DNA from: a virus
Taxonomy: Duplodnaviria; Caudoviricetes
Virus record (IMG/VR): IMGVR_UViG_3300037461_000505
Coordinates: 1-43,506 of that record
Length of the DNA stretch: 43,506 bases
Reading direction: 5' to 3' (one strand)
Part shown: positions 28,475-36,383 of the stretch, piece after piece
Layout of the letters: each line of letters opens with the position of its first letter
Position numbering within the stretch: position 1 is the stretch's first letter
Position numbers and translations under genes: made by a program
Notes under the pieces: generated by a model
Told to the model about the DNA's origin: nothing
Databases searched by the model: none
The model's input: the letters and a program-made list of their open reading frames with translations, nothing else

Positions 28475-30463
28475 TTATGCTGGAGGTTGTTGTTGCTGGG
28501 CCTGCATGGCCATAGCTTGAGCTTGTGCTAGCTGTGCTTCAGCTTGGTTTATTGGTTGTCCTGTCCTAGGATCAACACCTTGCTGCATAGCTGTAGCATC
28601 TTGTACATTCTGCTGTATCTGTTGAGGCTGAGGAATATATTCTTTAAGACCTCGTACTCCCATAAGCTGTGCTAAGTGGGCGAACATACCAGGAAGCATT
28701 GGGCCAAGCTGTTGCTGCAGCTGTTGAGATTGTCCCAGAATCTGCATAAGCTGCACAATACCATCAGTACTGGCCATCTTAGATTTAGGAGTGTATCCAT
28801 CTGCTACACGGAAAGCTAGAACTTTGGTTTTAAGCTGCTCAATATCAATCTGGAGAGAGGTGCCATCCTTCTGCGAGACTACCTCTGTATTCTCTCCGTA
28901 TTGGAAGATATTAAGTTTAAGCGTCTCTTTGAGAGGCATGAAGACTTGGAACTCAAGAGTAAGAGCAGGCAGACGTAAGCGGGAATCGCTGCCTCCCATA
29001 GTATCTGTCCACTCTTTTACGCTTTTATTTCCTCTCTGGAACTGGCCTTGTTGTGGAGCATTAAGACCACTAAGCTCTTTACCGAAACCTACAATAGCCA
29101 TACCATCTTGGAAAGCGGCTTCTGTTCCTCTAGCATCGAAAGGAATCTGATGGTAAGCATCTCGGATACTACGAGTGTTATCAAGGCTATTGCTCTTTAC
29201 AGGAATCTTAGCAGCAGGTACTGGAGCGTTGATATCTGCACTTGAAATCAAGGAGGCGTCATAAAGAGCACGATCAGAGACAGCCCTACGAGCAGAGTTG
29301 AAGCGAATATTAAAAAGAGTTGTAGCAGCTGTCTGGAATGGGATATTGCTTTCTGCAATACTCTGGGTTTGATATCCAAGACCATCCTCCAAAGGCTGCC
29401 CGAAGAGAATAGGGAGATAATCATAAGCACTAATAATACGCTCTGCTTGTACCACTACGCTATTGTTGATGATCACAAACTTCCAAATCTGGGGAGTTTT
29501 AGATTCTGGCCCAAAAAGGAAGAAATCCGATGGCATAATACGAGCGTAGAGACGGAAGATTTCGAAGTTTCCTGTCTTTGCTATATTCTTAGTATCCTCA
29601 CTGTTCCCTGTGATGTATTGATACCAATCCATTCCATCAAGGGGCTTACGAGCAGACACATAGTCAGATACAGTAGGATGGGTCCTATAATTACAACTAC
29701 CATCAGGAGTATTATTCCCTCCACTCCCAAGAGCTTCCTTAACATTGAAAGCTTTCCCTTCAGTAGAAAGGCGATTAAGGAAACGTTTTACCTTAGTGGC
29801 TGATACTAGCTCAATATAGCCAGCGTAATCACCTTCAAGAGAGACATCACCAGGATTTACGTTATGATCCCAGACTGTGTTATATGGATCTAAGCGCTTA
29901 AGTTTAGTGTACTTCTTGGCTGTCTTATCCATCTTCTTCCCCTTCAGAAGGTCTTGAAGAAGGGAATATTGATAGATAGAAGTCCACTCAGTCTCGAGAG
30001 CTGAGAGGTTATACTTTACGCCATCACGGAAGAATAGAAGGAGCTGACGAGCGTAGCCACCAAGTGTGGCATGGTCATCTATGAGAGTCTCAAGTTGCTC
30101 CGCGAAATCTTTGTTTGAAGGATTAGAAACAATAGGAAAGATTGGATAGCCACTGAGGAATACATCAGCAAGATAGGCTACCATACTATCCACTTGGCTA
30201 ATAACTACAGGAGGTACAGTAGAGGGAAGGTTAAGTACGCCTACAGGGGTAGTAGCTGCATCAATACCCTGGCCACTTACTATGCCATTTACATCTTTGT
30301 TACTCTGATAACGAGCATAGGCGATATCAATAGCTTCCATCTTCCCTAGGTAATCAGAGAATTTCTTATGTTCTGTGATTACTCTCTGGCAATACTCTAG
30401 GATTGCTTTCTGACTTTTCTCTTTTGGGACTATTAGGGGACTCATTTCTAATTCCTGTGCCAT
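28475..30463 (-). CDS. portal protein
   Basis: 662 aa, directly after TerL. DPYNTVWD, ELSGLNAPQQGQ and a Gln-rich C-terminal barrel, as in P22-like portals. Confidence 0.85.
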   Translation of the reverse strand: MAQELEMSPLIVPKEKSQKAILEYCQRVITEHKKFSDYLGKMEAIDIAYARYQSNKDVNGIVSGQGIDAATTPVGVLNLPSTVPPVVISQVDSMVAYLADVFLSGYPIFPIVSNPSNKDFAEQLETLIDDHATLGGYARQLLLFFRDGVKYNLSALETEWTSIYQYSLLQDLLKGKKMDKTAKKYTKLKRLDPYNTVWDHNVNPGDVSLEGDYAGYIELVSATKVKRFLNRLSTEGKAFNVKEALGSGGNNTPDGSCNYRTHPTVSDYVSARKPLDGMDWYQYITGNSEDTKNIAKTGNFEIFRLYARIMPSDFFLFGPESKTPQIWKFVIINNSVVVQAERIISAYDYLPILFGQPLEDGLGYQTQSIAESNIPFQTAATTLFNIRFNSARRAVSDRALYDASLISSADINAPVPAAKIPVKSNSLDNTRSIRDAYHQIPFDARGTEAAFQDGMAIVGFGKELSGLNAPQQGQFQRGNKSVKEWTDTMGGSDSRLRLPALTLEFQVFMPLKETLKLNIFQYGENTEVVSQKDGTSLQIDIEQLKTKVLAFRVADGYTPKSKMASTDGIVQLMQILGQSQQLQQQLGPMLPGMFAHLAQLMGVRGLKEYIPQPQQIQQNVQDATAMQQGVDPRTGQPINQAEAQLAQAQAMAMQAQQQQPPA

Positions 30464-30535
30464 TTCTATTCCTCTCCTCCAAGGTTTTGTAAGAAAGAGC
30501 TATAATGAAGGTTTTATAGTTCTTAATGTTTCAAG

Positions 30536-32029
30536 TTAAAAACAAGTGTTGTTACCTACTACTGAACATGTCTCATGATCTATAATGAAGCGAGAGTTCT
30601 TTAGAGTGTAGATAAGATGCCAGTACTCATTTCGAACGTCTAAACCATAGGCTATTGCATCCATAAGGTCATCTTTATTCTTAGGTTTACCTACCTTATA
30701 AAGAGAGGCCTGCCATACGAAATCTCTGCGTGTCTCTGGGCTATGGATATAATAGGTCTGTTTGTAAAGTTCTGCAATGAAAAGACGAATGCGAGATTCT
30801 TTATGTCTTCCATGAGGCTTGAGAGGTACTACTGTTATCTCAGAGATGTTGAGTTTTTTAAGCCAGAAGGTTAACCAAAAGCCTAGGGTCATCTGATAGC
30901 CAGTATCCTCAATTCCTATGAGACAGCAATTCCACTTAAGAGCTAATTTAATTGCTTGTACAATAATCTCCTGAGGATCAAGAATTCCCTTGCATGTCTC
31001 TACTATATAACCCCTATCCCCTATTTTAAGATGGACAACAATCACATTGTCGTCACTATTATCCCGAAAACCTGCTGGATCAATTGTTATGAAAGCGCCA
31101 TCAGGATTTAGAAGATCCTCGTTTATTAAGTCACTATCAGGGATAGGATTGGGAAGTAGGGAAAGATGTGTGCTCTTAGGATCATTCATTACTTCTGCGA
31201 ACCAGATATGAGCTAAACCTAACGCTTCATCATGATAGTAAGACTCCATTAAATCTTTAAGAGAGAATAAATCCGGCCAGAGAGGTTGTCCATTCTGCAG
31301 GATAGCTCCTGTTACCATCGAAATCCAGTAGGGATTATTCTTGAGCTTATTAAGTACACAGTTATCTGAGTACATGTTACCTACATAGATAATAAGCCTT
31401 GGGCCTTTCGGGGCAATTGCCTTAAACACAGTTCCGACAAGCTCGTTGAGTAGAGTATCTCGCTCTGTAGGAGATTCATCATTCTTGCGAGTTTGGGCGT
31501 CGTCACAAAATATGAGATCCGGCCTTTCATTCTGAAGGTTAATACCGCGTACGCCTGCTGACCAACCCCTTGCAATAAGTGAGACTGTTCTTCCATGATA
31601 AGCCGCCTTCTTAGTATTTGCACTGTCAATAGCTAAAGCTTCTTCCCACTGTCCATATATGTTAGTTATGTTAGTGGAGCGTAGAATATCATGGATATCC
31701 GCTAGGAGAAGCTCAGCTAGGTCTGAGTTGGAGCAAATAATAAGGGCGAACTTTATTTTATCGTAGACAATAAGCCAGGCTATAAGAATCTTAATGAAGG
31801 TTGTCTTAGCATGGCCACGAGGGAGTCCTAGGACAAAGCGTAGAAGCTTATCGTAGTCTTCCTCTTTACGAGTGGTTACTAATTGCCAGATTGCTATATA
31901 GAAGAGCGGGAGTTTTGCTGTGCAGACTGTCGGCATACAGAGCGCAGCAAAGAAGTTAATATCAACCTTGCCACGCTCGTATGCTTCAGATATTGAGACA
32001 TTTACTTCATTAGAAGAGTATAAAGACAT
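30536..32029 (-). CDS. terL: terminase large subunit
   Basis: Walker A LPRGHAKT, RG...RPDLIFCDD (Walker B), YVGN, nuclease IDPAG and DDLMDA. Confidence 0.93.
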   Translation of the reverse strand: MSLYSSNEVNVSISEAYERGKVDINFFAALCMPTVCTAKLPLFYIAIWQLVTTRKEEDYDKLLRFVLGLPRGHAKTTFIKILIAWLIVYDKIKFALIICSNSDLAELLLADIHDILRSTNITNIYGQWEEALAIDSANTKKAAYHGRTVSLIARGWSAGVRGINLQNERPDLIFCDDAQTRKNDESPTERDTLLNELVGTVFKAIAPKGPRLIIYVGNMYSDNCVLNKLKNNPYWISMVTGAILQNGQPLWPDLFSLKDLMESYYHDEALGLAHIWFAEVMNDPKSTHLSLLPNPIPDSDLINEDLLNPDGAFITIDPAGFRDNSDDNVIVVHLKIGDRGYIVETCKGILDPQEIIVQAIKLALKWNCCLIGIEDTGYQMTLGFWLTFWLKKLNISEITVVPLKPHGRHKESRIRLFIAELYKQTYYIHSPETRRDFVWQASLYKVGKPKNKDDLMDAIAYGLDVRNEYWHLIYTLKNSRFIIDHETCSVVGNNTCF

Positions 32030-32089
32030 AACTAGAGACCTTAATAAAATAGAAAAGGCAGAAAATAGCGGTTTCTTGTTCGCTTGTAG

Positions 32090-32123
32090 AAGAAAAGCGG
32101 TGGGAGAAAACGGCCTTCGGCCT
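32090..32123 (-). repeat. dispersed motif copy 1: AAGGCCGAAGGCC-N10-ACCGCTTT
   Basis: The reverse complement of this stretch matches 38070-38099 in both blocks with identical 10-nt spacing. Confidence 0.75.
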
Positions 32124-32125
32124 TC

Positions 32126-32743
32126 CTAAGCTCTAGCCATAGCTAGCTCAAAATCCTCCAGTGTATTTACTTCTTCGTATTTCCTTTCTGTAAAGCTTTG
32201 AGGAATTTCTTCTGTAATTCTAGGAATTCTTGCTGACTCATCTTGATTCTCCTTCATATCTCGGAATAGATTAATAACCCCTGTAGAAGTGAGAGGGGCT
32301 AGGTTTAAATTATTTACACTGAGAACTTCTTGCTCTCTTGTCATGCAAAGCTCAGGAAGAGCATGATTAGGAATAGAAATTTGGATGATATTCTGGGTGA
32401 TAGCTTGGCCTTCAATAATGGGATTAAGGCGAGCTTTTACTTTCTCCTGTCTTTCAGAGACAACCCGGAGAGCATTCGTAAGGTCTCTCATTTCTGCAAT
32501 AGAAGAGAGTTCCATTATACGCTCTAGGAGCGTGTGTTCTGCTGCCTGATATTTAGCACCTAGGCTTATGTCCTCCCCACTTTCCTTATCTGCATCAGCT
32601 TGCTTACTTGCAAGAATATTCTGGAATTCTTGGTTCGTCTTTGCAAGTTGAGAGATATAAGCAGGGGTGCAGCCTACAATTGTGGCGACATTAGCGGGTT
32701 TCAGGCCGTTTGCTAGGAGAGAGGCTATACGTTCAAGGTTCAT
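32126..32743 (-). CDS. terS: putative terminase small subunit (N-terminal HTH)
   Basis: IASLLANGLKPANVATIVGCTPAYISQL HTH, directly upstream of TerL. Confidence 0.7.
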   Translation of the reverse strand: MNLERIASLLANGLKPANVATIVGCTPAYISQLAKTNQEFQNILASKQADADKESGEDISLGAKYQAAEHTLLERIMELSSIAEMRDLTNALRVVSERQEKVKARLNPIIEGQAITQNIIQISIPNHALPELCMTREQEVLSVNNLNLAPLTSTGVINLFRDMKENQDESARIPRITEEIPQSFTERKYEEVNTLEDFELAMARA

Positions 32744-32779
32744 GTCATTACCTTTGGATATTATGTACTGTTAGGGAGA

Positions 32780-32808
32780 AGTATAGGGGAAAGGGAGGGA
32801 GAAAGCAA
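32780..32808 (-). promoter_or_regulatory. sigma70-type promoter for the packaging/structural operon
   Basis: Minus strand TTGCTT-17 bp-TATACT, 37 bp upstream of the terS start. Confidence 0.6.
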
Positions 32809-32933
32809 GTGTTTTTAGGGGATTTTTCAGGGAGCGTACCTAAGGGGATTTAGAATATTAAAGAGCGTAAAGCGTGAAAAAGTTTAGGAAAATTTTTCTA
32901 GGGTCATTGATAGGCGCCGGATTCTCCGGACCT

Positions 32934-32955
32934 AAAAAAAGCCGGCACCCCGGCC
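32934..32955 (-). terminator. Rho-independent terminator (second of a tandem pair)
   Basis: Minus strand GGCCGGGGTGCCGGCTTTTTTT. Confidence 0.7.
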
Positions 32956-32971
32956 TTGCTTTCTTACAGAC

Positions 32972-33000
32972 AAAAGAAAACCCCGCATGAAGCGGGGCTT
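32972..33000 (-). terminator. Rho-independent terminator after the 73-aa gene
   Basis: Minus strand AAGCCCCGCTTCATGCGGGGTTTTCTTTT. Confidence 0.85.
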
Positions 33001-33027
33001 GGTGTTGGCTTGCTTGTTTGCTTGCTT

Positions 33028-33249
33028 TTAACCAGTAATACTCAGTTTGATCTCATAGAACAGCATATTAGAGTCCAAGTGATTATGCTTGGCTAGATCA
33101 GAAACCATATTTTGAGCATAAGTTTCTGCCTCTTCAATGGTGCTTAATTCTACACTCGCTGCAATTAGCGTATTAGATTTGTACGTGCTCCACTCTGCTG
33201 CGGTTAGAGACATCTTAACACTGATACGGAAACGATATGCCTTGTTCAT
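33028..33249 (-). CDS. hypothetical protein (monocistronic)
   Basis: RBS GAGGA, with its own promoter and terminator. Confidence 0.7.
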   Translation of the reverse strand: MNKAYRFRISVKMSLTAAEWSTYKSNTLIAASVELSTIEEAETYAQNMVSDLAKHNHLDSNMLFYEIKLSITG

Positions 33250-33296
33250 CTCTTTTCCTCTCGCTTTAGAATCCTAGACTGCTAGGCCATGATTGA

Positions 33297-33325
33297 ATTC
33301 TCTCATAGTTATAATAGGATGTCAA
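33297..33325 (-). promoter_or_regulatory. sigma70-type promoter
   Basis: Minus strand TTGACA-17 bp-GAGAAT with TG in the extended -10 position. Confidence 0.5.
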
Positions 33326-33338
33326 TACCCTAGACAAT

Positions 33339-33365
33339 AAAAAACCCGCTTGTTTAAGGCGGGTT
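33339..33365 (-). terminator. Rho-independent terminator after the 194-aa gene
   Basis: Minus strand AACCCGCCTTAAACAAGCGGGTTTTTT. Confidence 0.85.
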
Positions 33366-33386
33366 CTATATGCTACAAATCAGATC

Positions 33387-33971
33387 TTACATGTCGTCAA
33401 GAGCGTCACCTGCCTGCGCTGCGTCCTCCAAGGCTACGAGAGCACGTTCAAACCTTGTACTCTGTTCCGCAGTGAGAGTTCCTGTAAAGTCCATTAGATA
33501 CATAAGGAACTTCGCTTTCTTGTCGTCAGGTTGCAAGGACAAGCCCGCTTTGTTCTTGGCAAGATCGAAGACAGCAGCTTGGACTTTCTCACTCTTCTTA
33601 GTACTCGGCAACCAAGCCTTGAATGCAGCCAAGAACTCACGATTCGCGGCGAGTGCATCCCCTTTATTGCCGCCCTCAATGAGTTCTTCAAGAGTGCTAG
33701 CGATACTAAGACCGGGTTTCAGTTGCGCAGTACCAGCGACTAGCTTATTGCGTGCGGCGGCTTTAACAGCGGCAAGGATAGCATCAAAGGTCCATTGTGC
33801 CTTATCATCAGCATAGACCGGAAAACCGTCATCATCCGTGCTCTTAGGTTCGACAGCGAAACCCAACTCTGAAAGCAAGGGATAGAATACTTCAACCTTG
33901 CCTTGCGCTACGTATTGGCTTTTACCATCAACTACGTCCTTCTTGCTAACTTCCATATTGTACGATTTCAT
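33387..33971 (-). CDS. hypothetical protein, probably highly expressed early (monocistronic)
   Basis: 194-aa Ala/Lys-rich ORF, RBS AGGAAG, own promoter and terminator. Confidence 0.8.
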   Translation of the reverse strand: MKSYNMEVSKKDVVDGKSQYVAQGKVEVFYPLLSELGFAVEPKSTDDDGFPVYADDKAQWTFDAILAAVKAAARNKLVAGTAQLKPGLSIASTLEELIEGGNKGDALAANREFLAAFKAWLPSTKKSEKVQAAVFDLAKNKAGLSLQPDDKKAKFLMYLMDFTGTLTAEQSTRFERALVALEDAAQAGDALDDM

Positions 33972-34038
33972 TTTTGCTTCCTGCCTTTCTAGTTTGGTTT
34001 AGGTTCTGAAGGCTGGCTTTTCTTAGCCAGTGATTGCA

Positions 34039-34066
34039 ATTCTACTCCTTTCCTGCGGCTTGTCAA
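34039..34066 (-). promoter_or_regulatory. sigma70-type leftward promoter
   Basis: Minus strand TTGACA-16 bp-TAGAAT. Confidence 0.7.
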
Positions 34067-34178
34067 GCGTTTTTTCTACTTATAAGAAAAGAAATATAAG
34101 AAAGTTTCAGGGAAGGAAATCAAAAAACCAGTGCAAAACTCCAATAACCAGTGAAAACTCCCTCAATTTGACCCCTTC

Positions 34179-34418
34179 CCGTTCCGGTGTTGCATAAAAA
34201 CCACACCCTATCCATAGAATATAACCCTTATACTCTACAAAGTCTATAGATAATGTATGGGTATAGTCTTAAAATTTATTTAAAAAATTTGAATACCCTT
34301 AACTTTAGACACTAAGAGATACTTTCTTCTGTTTCCATAAGACATAATACCTTCTCCCCATATAATACAAGGTCACATTCTATGCAAATGTGTGGTTTTT
34401 TTACCACAACCGCAACGG
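34179..34418. repeat. ~54-bp imperfect inverted repeat around an AT-rich core; putative replication origin
   Basis: Arm 34179-34232 aligns with the reverse complement of 34366-34418 (CCGTT.CGG, AAAAACCACAC, CATAGAAT, CCTT.TA). Core contains TTAAAATTTATTTAAAAAATTT. Confidence 0.75.
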
Positions 34419-34484
34419 ACACCCCCCTAAACATATGATTTTTCACCACTTTTTGGATTTTTCACCACTTTTTCAATTTCCCTC

Positions 34485-34513
34485 TTGCCTTTTCCCTCCC
34501 ACCATGCTACACT
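34485..34513 (+). promoter_or_regulatory. sigma70-type rightward early promoter
   Basis: TTGCCT-17 bp-TACACT with extended -10 TG. Confidence 0.65.
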
Positions 34514-34564
34514 CAAACAGTGACAGCTCACTACGTTCGCTATAAACAGCAAGGAGAATATAAG

Positions 34565-34831
34565 ATGACTATCAACATTAAACCCGGTGATTCTTTCATA
34601 ACTTTTGATACAAATGATCCTGATAGTATCAAGGAGCACAAAGCGAAAATAGTATCTAAGAGAATAATCACGGGGACAGGAAAAGACGAGTTCTATCATC
34701 CTACTTTTTGCTTCCCATTAGAAATGAAGGATGAACTAAAGGCAATTCTAGTTATCAGAGCAAAACTGAAGAAAGATTATGATGACAGTATATCCCTTGT
34801 ATATCAGCTAATAAACAAATACTCTAAATAG
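34565..34831 (+). CDS. hypothetical early protein
   Basis: ORF 34520..34831. The ATG at 34565 has RBS AAGGAG. Confidence 0.7.
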   Translation: MTINIKPGDSFITFDTNDPDSIKEHKAKIVSKRIITGTGKDEFYHPTFCFPLEMKDELKAILVIRAKLKKDYDDSISLVYQLINKYSK

Positions 34832-34846
34832 CAAGGAGCGCATAAT

Positions 34847-35140
34847 ATGAAACCCTCAATAATCCAAGAAAGAAACGCAAAACAAGACCTTAAAATACAA
34901 GCTGCTCTTTTTGATCGCTTCTCTCTTTTCAATCCTGATTTTCAAGAACCTTGCAAAATTGAAAAGAAACAAAAAAAGCATTACTATAGAGGGAAAGTTG
35001 AACCCTTGCATAGAATAGTATATATGATCGCTACAGGGCGTGAATTAGAAAAGAATAAAAGGGTAATAAGAAAATGCGGCAATAATCAATGCTCTGAAGT
35101 TTCGCATCTATATGACGACGATTTTATAAATTATCTTTAA
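34847..35140 (+). CDS. degenerate HNH-endonuclease-like protein
   Basis: LHRIVYMIATG...VIRKCGNNQCSEVSHL matches the HR..Y...G...V.H.CDN..C.NP.HL pattern but lacks the catalytic His and one Asn. Confidence 0.65.
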   Translation: MKPSIIQERNAKQDLKIQAALFDRFSLFNPDFQEPCKIEKKQKKHYYRGKVEPLHRIVYMIATGRELEKNKRVIRKCGNNQCSEVSHLYDDDFINYL

Positions 35141-35163
35141 TTCAAAATCTAAAGGAAACTAAA

Positions 35164-36084
35164 ATGTCTAAAATCTCGCAAATCAAAAAACGCTTCTCTC
35201 TTTCTTATAACTGCAAAACACATTCCCTAGGATATTGCCCTATAACTGGCATTATCCTTGAACTCAAAATTCCCTCTCTTCCTCCCTCAATCCTGCTAAC
35301 CTACAAGAATCCACTAGCAGATATGAGCAATGCTGTACGCTTTTTCTCTTTTCCTTACAGTGAGATAAGCAAGACAAAGATCGAAGTCATAGCCGGATGC
35401 TTGCTAACAATCCTACAGCATCATGACCTTATACAAGATAAGCTTTCAAATGTAGAAAGAAATGAGATACTCTGCACTTTTCCTACTTTCCAACTTTTCT
35501 CCCTTGCTAACTTAATAACTCTCTCATCAGCTAACAGGATAGCAAACTTCCCCATTCTCTCATTAGCAGAATGCTGCGCTTTTAGCATTCCAGAGCTGCT
35601 AAAAAACTATACGCAATGCTGCATTGAATCAAGTAAAGAAAAAAGAGAAGAAACAGTAACAGTTAGCATACAAGCTGTAGATGCTAGATTAGCTAACAAG
35701 AAAGAAATAACAAAAACTATTAATAATGACACTAAGAAGCGCATTCGCTACCTTATCTCTACAATCATCGAGACAGAAGTATTGAATCCTAAGATAGTGA
35801 CAGTGCTTAAAATAATAAGTCAAGGAAATAATATCTCTACAGCATCAAATGAAGTCAAGAATAAACTAATAGAGAAACTTGACACCCTAACTTCCTTAGA
35901 ATCAGAAGAACTTAGTAATATCCTCTTCGATAGTATGCAAATCGAAGAAAGTAAAGAAAAAGAAAGCGGCTTATCTGATATTTCTTACGGAAAAAGAAAA
36001 ACAATAAAAGAGATACTAGCAGAAAAGCAACAGCAAAAGACAATAGTGGAAAGTGAAGAAGAGGATAACAGCGATGAATTCTAA
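35164..36084 (+). CDS. hypothetical protein (306 aa)
   Basis: Long ORF, RBS AAGGAA, acidic tail ending NSDEF. Confidence 0.8.
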   Translation: MSKISQIKKRFSLSYNCKTHSLGYCPITGIILELKIPSLPPSILLTYKNPLADMSNAVRFFSFPYSEISKTKIEVIAGCLLTILQHHDLIQDKLSNVERNEILCTFPTFQLFSLANLITLSSANRIANFPILSLAECCAFSIPELLKNYTQCCIESSKEKREETVTVSIQAVDARLANKKEITKTINNDTKKRIRYLISTIIETEVLNPKIVTVLKIISQGNNISTASNEVKNKLIEKLDTLTSLESEELSNILFDSMQIEESKEKESGLSDISYGKRKTIKEILAEKQQQKTIVESEEEDNSDEF

Positions 36085-36382
36085 AACAACGGAAATAAGA
36101 GAAACGTTTGGACTAATTGATCCACTAACAGGGAAGCGATACCAGGATATACAGAATGCTTTCCTTCTTACTTTGCGGATAACTGAGCAAGATAAAATAG
36201 AAAAAAGAATAACACTCTCAACTAATAATCTCTCATTCTTCCTACACTGTGATAGCAAGGTAAAGAAAGAAATAAAAGAAAAAGGCTTCTGTGACTGTAT
36301 AGTATCCTTCCAGATTAGAACAGATATTAAGATTGCATTAGCAAGGAAACTGCAAAATATAGCAGGAAAGGAAGGAAACTAA
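36074..36382 (+). CDS. hypothetical protein
   Basis: ORF 36053..36382. The ATG at 36074 follows GAGGA. Confidence 0.65.
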   Translation: MNSKTTEIRETFGLIDPLTGKRYQDIQNAFLLTLRITEQDKIEKRITLSTNNLSFFLHCDSKVKKEIKEKGFCDCIVSFQIRTDIKIALARKLQNIAGKEGN

Positions 36383-36383
36383 A

